A stretch of DNA of 64,000 bases. Origin: an uncultured Bdellovibrio sp. (lineage in GTDB: Bacteria; Bdellovibrionota; Bdellovibrionia; Bdellovibrionales; Bdellovibrionaceae). The position numbers and the translations under genes were made by a program. Shown here piece after piece: positions 56,232-64,000 of the stretch. Position 1 is the stretch's first letter. Each line of letters starts with the position of its first letter. The DNA is taken from positions 1 through 64,000 of the forward strand of contig CAWVRN010000008.1 of assembly GCA_963932905.1 (NCBI GenBank), given 5' to 3'. The notes under the pieces were generated by a model that saw only the letters and a list, made by a program, of their open reading frames with translations, did no database searches and had not been told where the DNA came from.

Positions 56232-57563
56232 ATGAAAAAGGGTTTACTGCTACTTTTTGTTTCTACAGTAGCATTTGGTTCTGGTTATGAAAAATCAGTT
56301 CTTTGGGGTGGTAAATATGCGGGCGTTGCTGGTTCCGCATCTGCGGGTGTTAGCGGTTCTGATTCCATATTTTATAATCCGGCCGGATTGGTGAATTCTC
56401 CAGAGTTAGGCGATATCACTTTCAATCTATCTAGCGGTTCGTCTCAGTTCAAAGGACCAATCGTTCCAAGTGCGAACGTAGTTTCTCCTGGGCCTTCGAT
56501 CGCGGCTTTCACAAACGCGAACAAACAAGAGTCGTCTAAAACGGCCCAAACTGTAGTTCCTGGCGTGACATACTCTATGAAACTAAATGATTCATGGTCT
56601 TATGGCTTGGGTTACTACGCAGTTGGCGGAACTCGCGCTGTGTATGAAGATGTTGATTTTGCACCAAGATCTTACAAAGCAAAAGTTGGTTCTGAAATCA
56701 CTATCACTGAATTTTCTGCTGGCGTTGGTTACAAAGTAAGCGAAGCTTTCAGATTAGGTTTAGGTCTACGTTACACAATGACAGATGCAAACTTTAGCTC
56801 TGTTGGATATGTGACTTCTGGTTCTAACGTTGTTGGTATTACGAACGTAGAAATCAAAGACATCAAAACAGCAAACTTAGACAGCGTTCGTTTAGGTATG
56901 CAATATGATGTTAGCGAAAACACTAAAGTTGGTTTGACTTTAAGAACTGAAACTAAAGTGAGCAAAACAGCCAAAGCATCTGGTACAGCGAACGTGTGTG
57001 GTGGCGGTGCGACTTGCCCTGCTATTGCAAACTTAACAATCGCAGAAGCCGACGTGAAAGTGGACACTGTGTTGCCAATGGCCATCAATTTGGGTGTTGA
57101 ACACAAATTGGCGGATACGTGGACTCTATACGGTGAACTTGTTCACACTGCTTACTCTACAATCGAGAAAGTTGACCTAGATGGATCTGTGACTGTTGGA
57201 ACTACAACATCAGCACTTCCTGACATCGATCAAAAATGGAAAGATCAATTGAATGTGAAATTGGCTGCTCAGTGGTCAGGTATGTCATGGCCAGTACGTT
57301 TTGGATACATTCATACGTCTGATGTTTCTAACAAACAATACGCACGTGCTTCATTCACTCCTCCGGGCGCTGCCGCGACTTACACTTTAGGTACTGGTCA
57401 ACAATTCAAAATCGGAGAATCACCTCTAGATTTCAATATTGCATTGGACTACACAACAGTTAAAGGTGATGGCGATGCTTCGGTTCAGCCTCTGTCAACG
57501 CCAGCAGGTTCCTACGAAGCAGCGTCTACAGCTATCCACACAGGTTTTGCTTACAAATTCTAA
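56232..57563 (+). CDS. OmpP1/FadL/TodX family outer-membrane transporter
   Basis: Signal peptide, GVAGS, SIFYNPAGL hatch motif, C-terminal GFAYKF. Confidence 0.88.
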   Translation: MKKGLLLLFVSTVAFGSGYEKSVLWGGKYAGVAGSASAGVSGSDSIFYNPAGLVNSPELGDITFNLSSGSSQFKGPIVPSANVVSPGPSIAAFTNANKQESSKTAQTVVPGVTYSMKLNDSWSYGLGYYAVGGTRAVYEDVDFAPRSYKAKVGSEITITEFSAGVGYKVSEAFRLGLGLRYTMTDANFSSVGYVTSGSNVVGITNVEIKDIKTANLDSVRLGMQYDVSENTKVGLTLRTETKVSKTAKASGTANVCGGGATCPAIANLTIAEADVKVDTVLPMAINLGVEHKLADTWTLYGELVHTAYSTIEKVDLDGSVTVGTTTSALPDIDQKWKDQLNVKLAAQWSGMSWPVRFGYIHTSDVSNKQYARASFTPPGAAATYTLGTGQQFKIGESPLDFNIALDYTTVKGDGDASVQPLSTPAGSYEAASTAIHTGFAYKF

Positions 57564-57577
57564 TTTGAAAGTTAAGA

Positions 57578-58801
57578 ATGAGTTCACTTAAAGTCGATAT
57601 TTCAGATATTCAAAAAGCACACGGGCTGTTAAAGCCCGTGATCAAGCATACAGATTTAGATTTGTCATTGTCTGCGAGTGAGCTCTACGGACGTAACGTT
57701 TATTTAAAGTTTGAAAATACGCAAAGAACAGGTTCCTTTAAAATTAGAGGGGCCTACAATAAAATCATGAATCTTTCGGCTGAAGAAAAAGCACGCGGTG
57801 TCGTTGCTAGTTCGGCTGGAAATCATGCTCAAGGGGTCGCCTTGAGTTCTAAATTAGCAGGCGTGCGATCAGTTATTGTCATGCCAGAAACCGCACCTTT
57901 GAATAAAATTTCAGCCACGAAACATTACGGCGGCGAAGTTATATTGAAAGGTGAAATCTACGATGATGCGTACGAATATGCCAAAGAACTAGAAAAAAAA
58001 GAAGGCTATACGTTTGTTCATCCCTACCAAGATTCTCACGTAATCGCAGGGCAGGGTACTATAGGGCTTGAGATTTTAACTCAGTTGCCCGACGTTGACA
58101 GCGTTATTGTTCCCATTGGTGGTGGCGGACTGATAAGCGGAATTAGTCTGGCGATTAAAGCATTGAAACCCACCTGCAAAATCTTTGGGGTTCAGTCCAA
58201 TCAGACTCCAGGCATGAGTCAGTTATTTAAACACCAACCAGCGGAACTGAAATTAAAGCGGATCACGACTATTGCTGACGGGATAGCCATCAAACGGCCA
58301 AGCCAGGAAATGTACAGTCAGTTTATTTCAAAATACGTGGATGATATCGTAACTGTATCCGATGATGAAATCGCCGAAGCCATCGTGTATTTGGTCGAGC
58401 GTATGAAAACGGTCACGGAAGGATCTGGGGCTGCGGGTTTTGCTGGTTTAATGAATCATAAGTTGGATTTTGGTAAAAACGTTTGTGTTTTACTGTGCGG
58501 TGGAAACATTGATTTGAATATCGTTTCTAAAGTCATAGAACGAGGTCAAATTAAACGCGGTAGACTAGCGAAAATGTCGGTAGTAGTCGAAGACATGCCA
58601 GGAAACTTGCAAAAATTAACTCAGATCATTGCGACAGAAAAAGCAAATATTCTGGAAGTAAACCATGATCGTTTAACTCATGGTTTATCATTACGTGAAA
58701 CTCGAATTGATTTCTTTTTAGAAACGAACAGTTTTGATCAGATTAAACGAATTGAAGCCGGTATTGAAAAGATCGGTGGCAAAGTTCTGCGCACAATCTA
58801 A
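57578..58801 (+). CDS. ilvA: Threonine ammonia-lyase with C-terminal ACT domain
   Basis: KFENTQRTGSFKIRGA (PLP Lys), SSAGNHAQG, PIGGGGLISG, CGGNID, DMPGNL. Confidence 0.93.
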   Translation: MSSLKVDISDIQKAHGLLKPVIKHTDLDLSLSASELYGRNVYLKFENTQRTGSFKIRGAYNKIMNLSAEEKARGVVASSAGNHAQGVALSSKLAGVRSVIVMPETAPLNKISATKHYGGEVILKGEIYDDAYEYAKELEKKEGYTFVHPYQDSHVIAGQGTIGLEILTQLPDVDSVIVPIGGGGLISGISLAIKALKPTCKIFGVQSNQTPGMSQLFKHQPAELKLKRITTIADGIAIKRPSQEMYSQFISKYVDDIVTVSDDEIAEAIVYLVERMKTVTEGSGAAGFAGLMNHKLDFGKNVCVLLCGGNIDLNIVSKVIERGQIKRGRLAKMSVVVEDMPGNLQKLTQIIATEKANILEVNHDRLTHGLSLRETRIDFFLETNSFDQIKRIEAGIEKIGGKVLRTI

Positions 58802-59082
58802 TGGCCGCTGCGCGCGATCTTTTTACCCAAAGAAATTTCAGATTTTAAACTGACTTCGTAGTCTTTGATTAATATCTGCATAACCATTTTTTCTGGTATG
58901 CCCAAAATAACAATTAGTTGCCCTAAAATATTATGAGGAACTTTAGACACGCCTCTTTCGAAAAGGGAAATAAACTGTGTTGAATCGTACCCAAGCTTTC
59001 TAGCTAGGTCTAACTGGGTCATGTCTTTATCTTGGCGATAATTTCTAATTAGTGAACCAAGTTCTTGGTACGTTTCGTTCAT
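58798..59082 (-). CDS. XRE-family HTH regulator (paralog A)
   Basis: MTQLDLARKLGYDSTQFISLFERG. Confidence 0.9.
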   Translation of the reverse strand: MNETYQELGSLIRNYRQDKDMTQLDLARKLGYDSTQFISLFERGVSKVPHNILGQLIVILGIPEKMVMQILIKDYEVSLKSEISLGKKIARSGH

Positions 59083-59151
59083 AGAGTTTCCCTTTTAATT
59101 TTTATCAGATCAATCTATCGAGAACGTTTTTTTTAAGCTAGTGGCTAAAAA

Positions 59152-59433
59152 CTACGCGTTTTTGGCTGTTTTTTTACCTGAAGAAATTTCAGATTTCAAG
59201 TTTACTTCGTAAGCTTTCATTAAAGTGTCTAAAACTTTTTTCTCTGGAATTCCAAGAATAACAATTAACTGACCTAAAACATTATTTGGAACTTTAGAAA
59301 GTCCACGTTCGAAAAGTGAAACGAATTGAGTTGAATCGTATCCAAGTTTTTCAGCCAGGTTGAGCTGTGTTAATTCTTTCTTAACTCTGTACTCTCTAAT
59401 TAGTGCACCTAGTTCGCGACGGACTTCTTTCAT
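59152..59433 (-). CDS. XRE-family HTH regulator (paralog B)
   Basis: LTQLNLAEKLGYDSTQFVSLFERG; GAGGT SD. Confidence 0.9.
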   Translation of the reverse strand: MKEVRRELGALIREYRVKKELTQLNLAEKLGYDSTQFVSLFERGLSKVPNNVLGQLIVILGIPEKKVLDTLMKAYEVNLKSEISSGKKTAKNA

Positions 59434-59647
59434 ATCTATACCTCAACTTGTAGTTGTTAATCCGATATCATATTCTGACATATCTATAGGCGTCAAGGGA
59501 AGTCGTTTTATCTTTAGATTGATATTTTACGGTCGGTGCCACATTTTCTGGTAAAACTTTTGTCTCAGACCAAGATCTTAACCGCAATTTAAATTGTTCC
59601 TAAGTATACGAAAGTTTAAGTTAATGTAAAGAAAATGAACGATAAAC

Positions 59648-59675
59648 TAATGTTATTTAGGTAATTTGCCGAATA
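59648..59675 (+). promoter_or_regulatory. Possible sigma28 promoter of ThiF-hydrolase operon
   Basis: TAATGTTA-N12-GCCGAATA. Confidence 0.4.
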
Positions 59676-59699
59676 GCCCTAAGCCAAGTCCAAACGGGA

Positions 59700-60578
59700 G
59701 TGAATGTAATGGAAACGTTTTCAAGGGACAACGATTATTGGGAAACCTATACTCGAAATTTCTCTATTATTTCTCGAAATCAGCAAGAGGGTATAAAAAA
59801 AATGAAAATCGCTGTTGGAGGTTGTGGCTCTACTGGAGGCGCTTTCATTGATGGCTTGCTGAGGTTGGGAGTCACGAAGTACCATCTAACTGACAACGGA
59901 TTATATGATCAGAGTAACCTCAATCGTCAAATGGTTAGCCGAAAAGATATTGGGAAAAATAAAGCTATAGTTTACGGTGAGCGTATAGCAGATATAAACC
60001 CCGACGCTTTAGTTAATACATGGTCTGAAGGTTTGACGGAAGCAAATATGGGTGAATTCTTAGATGATGTGGATTTTCTATTTGATGGCGTAGACGTGAC
60101 TACGAGCGACGGTATGAAAGCGAAGTTAGCGCTGCATGAGATGGCTGCCGAGCGTAAGATACCTACAGGCTCTGCACTTGATTTGGGATTTACCCAGTGG
60201 ATTCAAAGTTATAACTATCATACTGGTGACGCTGTTTTGCATGGTCGTTTGGATAAAGCCAAAAAAGCCACTAATCCCATTTCTTCAGTCCTAGAAGGTT
60301 TCATCAATTTAGAAGAGATACCCGACGGATTTATGAATGAGCTTTTGCGTTTTCTTAAAGAGCCTACCACGGGAGTTTCGCAAGTTTCGAGTGCCTGCTT
60401 TTTGTTATCTAGTCTTACCGCCCCTTATCTTTTATATTTTATAGAGCACAAAAAACTTCCTCCGTTAGTAGTGATTGATATCAAAAGTTTCTTTGAAACA
60501 AAAGAGCAACAAGAAGAAATTAAAGGCCAAGCGGCTAAAAGCTTGCCGTTAGTCCGACAAATTTTAGCAAAGTTATAA
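59700..60578 (+). CDS. ThiF/MoeB/E1-family adenylyltransferase
   Basis: GCGSTGG, D..YDQSNLNRQ, GKNKA, FDGVD; no C-terminal CxxC/rhodanese; start 59700 (GTG) or 59709. Confidence 0.88.
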   Translation: MNVMETFSRDNDYWETYTRNFSIISRNQQEGIKKMKIAVGGCGSTGGAFIDGLLRLGVTKYHLTDNGLYDQSNLNRQMVSRKDIGKNKAIVYGERIADINPDALVNTWSEGLTEANMGEFLDDVDFLFDGVDVTTSDGMKAKLALHEMAAERKIPTGSALDLGFTQWIQSYNYHTGDAVLHGRLDKAKKATNPISSVLEGFINLEEIPDGFMNELLRFLKEPTTGVSQVSSACFLLSSLTAPYLLYFIEHKKLPPLVVIDIKSFFETKEQQEEIKGQAAKSLPLVRQILAKL

Positions 60579-60587
60579 AAGAGCAAT

Positions 60588-61373
60588 ATGGCTAAATCAA
60601 ATTTAAGGTATCTGTTTCTACATTATGGTCCCGGAGGCAACGCCGCCTTGGAACGTATATGGTTAAAAAATTGGAGCTCGAAAATTGATTTTTGGGATCA
60701 GCCCACAAACCTAGGTTCATTTTCCGATTTAGCATCACATTGTGCCGATCAATTTAAATCAGGAAACTACGACGGAATTATCGCTCACAGTTTTGGTTGC
60801 GAGATTGCGGTTAAGGTTAATGAATTGGTAGGAGAAAACATTAAATCCTATTTCATTTCTCCTCTCAGAGATATTCCGTCAGCATTTATAAATTTAGCAA
60901 ATTTTCTGGCCAAATCAGCCCTATCGATTGAAAGAAAAACTCAGCTGATAGAAGTGTCAGCGCAAATGGAAAAAACGCCTAATTGGATGCCGAAAAAGAA
61001 CCTCTCGTCGGAAGGGATGGCAAATTTTATTAAATTAATTTCTACTATCAGTGCAGATCCGAAATATTACCGTTGTTTTTGGAGCAAGTCAGAATGTTTA
61101 GCTCGTTACGAAAGTATTCTAACTCAGTTACCGCCATTGGATTTAACATGCTGGCAAAATGTAATGATGGATTTTCTGGGAAATCATCAAATTTCAATAC
61201 AAAAAAATAACCTCCATGTCTTTGTTGGGAGTGATGATCCTTATTTAGGATTGACTCGAGACGAGCAACTATATTGGGAAAATTTGGAAGCCAAATTTTC
61301 TTTATGTGAAAAAGTGGGACACTACCCTCATCTGGAATCTGAACTAGTTAATAACCTTCTTAAATCTATTTAG
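60588..61373 (+). CDS. Alpha/beta hydrolase (thioesterase/esterase-like)
   Basis: HYGPGG oxyanion loop, AHSFG nucleophile, GSDDP acid, GHYPH His. Confidence 0.85.
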   Translation: MAKSNLRYLFLHYGPGGNAALERIWLKNWSSKIDFWDQPTNLGSFSDLASHCADQFKSGNYDGIIAHSFGCEIAVKVNELVGENIKSYFISPLRDIPSAFINLANFLAKSALSIERKTQLIEVSAQMEKTPNWMPKKNLSSEGMANFIKLISTISADPKYYRCFWSKSECLARYESILTQLPPLDLTCWQNVMMDFLGNHQISIQKNNLHVFVGSDDPYLGLTRDEQLYWENLEAKFSLCEKVGHYPHLESELVNNLLKSI

Positions 61374-61443
61374 CAGAATCCTTTGACTCATCTTGAAGCA
61401 GAACTTTGATTGTCTAATTGTTATTCAATTCAAGTAAATTTAT

Positions 61444-61470
61444 TTATGTTAAGCAAAATTATGCCGATAC
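61444..61470 (+). promoter_or_regulatory. Possible sigma28 promoter of the acyltransferase gene
   Basis: TTATGTTA-N11-GCCGATAC. Confidence 0.5.
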
Positions 61471-61548
61471 TTTAGTCTGTGAAACCATTTTGGAACCATT
61501 AGTTTTATTTTAATGGAGTTTAACTAATTTCAAACAAGGGGTGGCAAC

Positions 61549-62322
61549 ATGAAGCAAAGTTTAGGGCGTTTTAGACTTGTTATTTTGGACTGCGTTAAGA
61601 ATCAAATGATGAACCCAGCGGTGCAAAAAATTCTTAATGATGTCATTTTGTTTAAACAAACTAATTTCGAGCGTTCACGTCCTGACTATGTCACTCTCGA
61701 TAAACAGGATATGATAGGCACTCACTATTTGATTTATGATATAAGTGATGTGTTTCAGCCTAAATTAGTTGTAGCCATCCGGTCGACTTATGAAGCTCGA
61801 GCCAAAGAGTACCAATTGAAAACTCCATTTCTTGATATGTTGCCAGGACTACCAGAAAAATGTCAGACCGCCTACGCTGACTTTAAAAAATTACATCCCA
61901 TGGTTGCAGATTGCGGTGCGCTGGCTGTTGAAAGTAATTATACGTTCCATAACACGGGGTTAAAGCTAATACATATTTGTTATGCGATGATTTATATTCA
62001 TGTTACCCGCATGGGTTACACAAGTATTCTTGGTGGCACTAACGAACGATTTAGGTCGTCGAGATGGCTCGAAGATATTGGTTCATACACCAGAGGCTTG
62101 GAGTTTATTCATCCTGTGTGGCCAGGCACCCATTTGCTAATCATGATCGAGAAATTCAATGTGCCTAGTATTAAATCGATTTGTAAAGAAAACGAAGTGT
62201 TGTTCAGAAATATTCAAGAATTTGTGCCCAAGGATGTTGGGTATCTAGATATTCATGCGGCAATAGATGATTTGATTTTCAACGACACAACGACAGCGAA
62301 ACATTTAAAATTAGTCAGTTAG
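61549..62322 (+). CDS. GNAT-fold acyltransferase, LuxI/FeeM (N-acyl amino acid or AHL synthase)-like
   Basis: K..NF...LDKQD..GTHYLIYD...VVAIRST pattern echoes LuxI/FeeM R..F..ExDxxD..Y/H.L...R; later DCGALAV strand; remote, by-eye similarity. Confidence 0.55.
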   Translation: MKQSLGRFRLVILDCVKNQMMNPAVQKILNDVILFKQTNFERSRPDYVTLDKQDMIGTHYLIYDISDVFQPKLVVAIRSTYEARAKEYQLKTPFLDMLPGLPEKCQTAYADFKKLHPMVADCGALAVESNYTFHNTGLKLIHICYAMIYIHVTRMGYTSILGGTNERFRSSRWLEDIGSYTRGLEFIHPVWPGTHLLIMIEKFNVPSIKSICKENEVLFRNIQEFVPKDVGYLDIHAAIDDLIFNDTTTAKHLKLVS

Positions 62323-63213
62323 TGAATCTCTATTTTTTACCAAGTGCATGTGTCTGCTTTCGGCGGCGGGAAAATTGAACGTATAGTCACAGTGAATGCC
62401 GTCGGAAGTGTAATTGACTTTGTACTCGGGTAAAGATGGCGCTAAATTAGAAAGATAAGGAAACCAGCCGGCCAAAATTAAACGGTAGCGCAAAACTTTA
62501 TCTACATTTTTTTTACTAAAATCAATGTGAGCATGATTGTCGTAATCTAAAAAAGTAGTCACTTTAAAGCTTGTGCGATCTAAATCCGTCGTAATTCTAA
62601 AATTATTGTCTAGATTTTTAAAATTTTTAGAAACGACTTCGTAGCACTCGTAATAGTTACGAGCTTTGCTGAACTCGGCAAGCATCTGTGGTGTTTGATC
62701 AAGACTTAAAAACATCACGCAAGCCAATTGGTCTAGGTCACTTTGTTTGAAACCATGGTCCGTTAAGATGTCCAGCAAATCGATAAAATAGTTCAGGCTA
62801 ATTTTATTATTAAGATCTGAATAAATTAATGGTGAAACATTCAGTTTGCGTGCAATCATATCGCTAAAATGCTGTCCATATTTTAATGTAAGATATTTAA
62901 AAATATGGGCAGAGGAACGTAAATAGCTATATTTATTTTGAGTGTATTTCTCGGGCATGACACCATCGCCAGAAAACAAGATAGAGCGAACAAAGTTTTT
63001 GTCGTATGTCCCTTCTAGGATAGTGTCTTCATTAATATGAAGATACTGTCCTAATTGAACAAACTGAGCTTTTTTGATCACGCGCGATCGATAGCCAGAC
63101 CACCAGTCTAAGAATGTAAGTGGCGATAAGCCTAAAGCCTCAGGAGCGCGATTCAGAGGCAATCCGACATCTTTAATAAAATCACGTAGTTTTTTATCTT
63201 TGGAAGAACCCAT
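62311..63213 (-). CDS. Putative regulator: N-terminal XRE-like HTH + AraC-N/H-NOX-V4R-like ligand-binding domain
   Basis: ALGLSPLTFLDWWSG...LGQYLHINEDTIL HTH; KLNVSPLIYSDLNNKISLNYFIDLL resembles Arabinose_bd_2 type domains. Confidence 0.5.
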   Translation of the reverse strand: MGSSKDKKLRDFIKDVGLPLNRAPEALGLSPLTFLDWWSGYRSRVIKKAQFVQLGQYLHINEDTILEGTYDKNFVRSILFSGDGVMPEKYTQNKYSYLRSSAHIFKYLTLKYGQHFSDMIARKLNVSPLIYSDLNNKISLNYFIDLLDILTDHGFKQSDLDQLACVMFLSLDQTPQMLAEFSKARNYYECYEVVSKNFKNLDNNFRITTDLDRTSFKVTTFLDYDNHAHIDFSKKNVDKVLRYRLILAGWFPYLSNLAPSLPEYKVNYTSDGIHCDYTFNFPAAESRHMHLVKNRDSLTD

Positions 63214-63499
63214 CGATTTCCCTTAAAAAATTTAGAATATTTTCCACGTGAGTGATTTTGCTCAAATTTAATATCTCGTCTTTGTCCATTTGCATTACTG
63301 TAGCGATAGTTTCAAATTCGTTTTGAGAAAGGCGTTTTCGGCCCGATTCAATCATTTTAACTTCCTTAAGTGTCAGGCCTGTTTCTTCAGCGATATTTTC
63401 CGAAGTCAAATTAAGTACACCCTTTTGGCGCTTTACATACAGGCCAAAGAGGCGCCCGAATTCACGTTTGTTAAATTGGTTTAAAGTCTCTAAAATCAT
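63194..63499 (-). CDS. XRE-family HTH regulator
   Basis: LTSENIAEETGLTLKEVKMIESGRK; overlaps start of next gene by 20 bp. Confidence 0.85.
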   Translation of the reverse strand: MILETLNQFNKREFGRLFGLYVKRQKGVLNLTSENIAEETGLTLKEVKMIESGRKRLSQNEFETIATVMQMDKDEILNLSKITHVENILNFLREIDGFFQR

Positions 63500-63679
63500 T
63501 GAACCTATCCCTATCTAGGAACTTCTCTAGGTCCTAAGATAAGGGATGGGGCAAAATTCATCAATAGATTTCTACCTAAAGATAAAGGCGGGCCTCGAAA
63601 GGCGCGAGAGCCTATTAGAGCAAATTCCTTGGGTGAATGAGTACTTTTTAGACAGGAAAATTCTTTAGGCTTTGGGTCT

Positions 63680-64000
63680 CTACGCGGCGATCGGTTGCTC
63701 TTTGGCAGGGTTTTTGGCAAGGGTCCGTGGGTCAAAAAGAGAGGGAGCTAAATGGTGGTTTTTGTGAAAGTAGAGTCCAAATGCGATGGCATTTACAAAT
63801 CGATAGAACAACTGGGTATTCAGATTTTGAATTTCGGCAGAGTTTTGCATAGGGCGGTGGGTAGAGTAGTTGAACCAAGCATAATGAAACATTTTAAATA
63901 CGATCGAAGACAAAAATAGGAAAGTAAATAACTGAGGACCAAGTAGTAATAGCCAAAATAGGACTCGTGCGCACTGATCCAATTTGGCGGCTTGACCAAA
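63680..64000 (-). CDS. Membrane fatty-acid desaturase family protein (3-prime part; runs off window)
   Basis: Frame open to 64000; TM segment, WFNYSTH and FHKNHH third His box. Confidence 0.78.
   Translation of the reverse strand, partial: FGQAAKLDQCARVLFWLLLLGPQLFTFLFLSSIVFKMFHYAWFNYSTHRPMQNSAEIQNLNTQLFYRFVNAIAFGLYFHKNHHLAPSLFDPRTLAKNPAKEQPIAA

Noticed and set aside
59700..60578. ThiF as part of an anti-phage (CBASS/Bil-type) or microcin C-like RiPP system
   Set aside because: No E2, JAB, ubiquitin-like, CD-NTase, exporter or evident precursor peptide nearby
63548..63630. c-di-GMP-I riboswitch suggested by GGCAAA and GAAA hairpin
   Set aside because: Lacks the GGCAAAC-stem-GAAA-stem-GACGCAAA arrangement and is on the opposite strand to the downstream gene
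63511..63735. 74-aa minus-strand ORF between desaturase and XRE gene
   Set aside because: Overlaps desaturase end, no SD, non-protein-like composition

Overview
A 64 kb stretch of an AT-rich (roughly 40% GC by eye) bacterial chromosome, most likely from a predatory Bdellovibrionota (Bdellovibrio/Pseudobdellovibrio-like). That assignment is inferred from gene content: a stand-alone FliG-C protein, an AgmX/PglI-C protein, DUF3015, LGYxSxQFxSxxERG-type XRE regulators and many secreted peptidases. Most of the window is core genome: ftsQ-ftsA-ftsZ-lpxH, dcp-nadK-recN-ptrB, hppD-phhA-VOC-U32 with a divergent LysR, ABC-F, dbpA, ppx/porin/phoU-phoB-phoR, NFACT, a GldAFG-like ABC system, secG, tmk-holB-tatD, gap-pgk-tpiA, fadL-like and ilvA. 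I found no rRNA, tRNA, CRISPR array, transposase or integrase. The best novelty candidate is the right-hand end (58.8-64 kb). It holds three small XRE regulators, a ThiF adenylyltransferase, an alpha/beta hydrolase and a fatty-acid desaturase. It also holds a LuxI/FeeM-like acyltransferase convergently overlapping an XRE-HTH + ligand-binding-domain protein. Together these look like an undescribed lipid-signal synthesis/sensing (quorum-sensing-like) module, possibly under sigma28 control. Other notable items: a 240-bp nested palindrome after dbpA, a perfect 34-bp hairpin after lpxH, three leaderless sigma28-type promoters with identical geometry, a class III cyclase with a His at the base-selecting Lys position, and a probable inversion separating tpiA from secG. 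All family calls come from motif recognition by eye; no database search was run.
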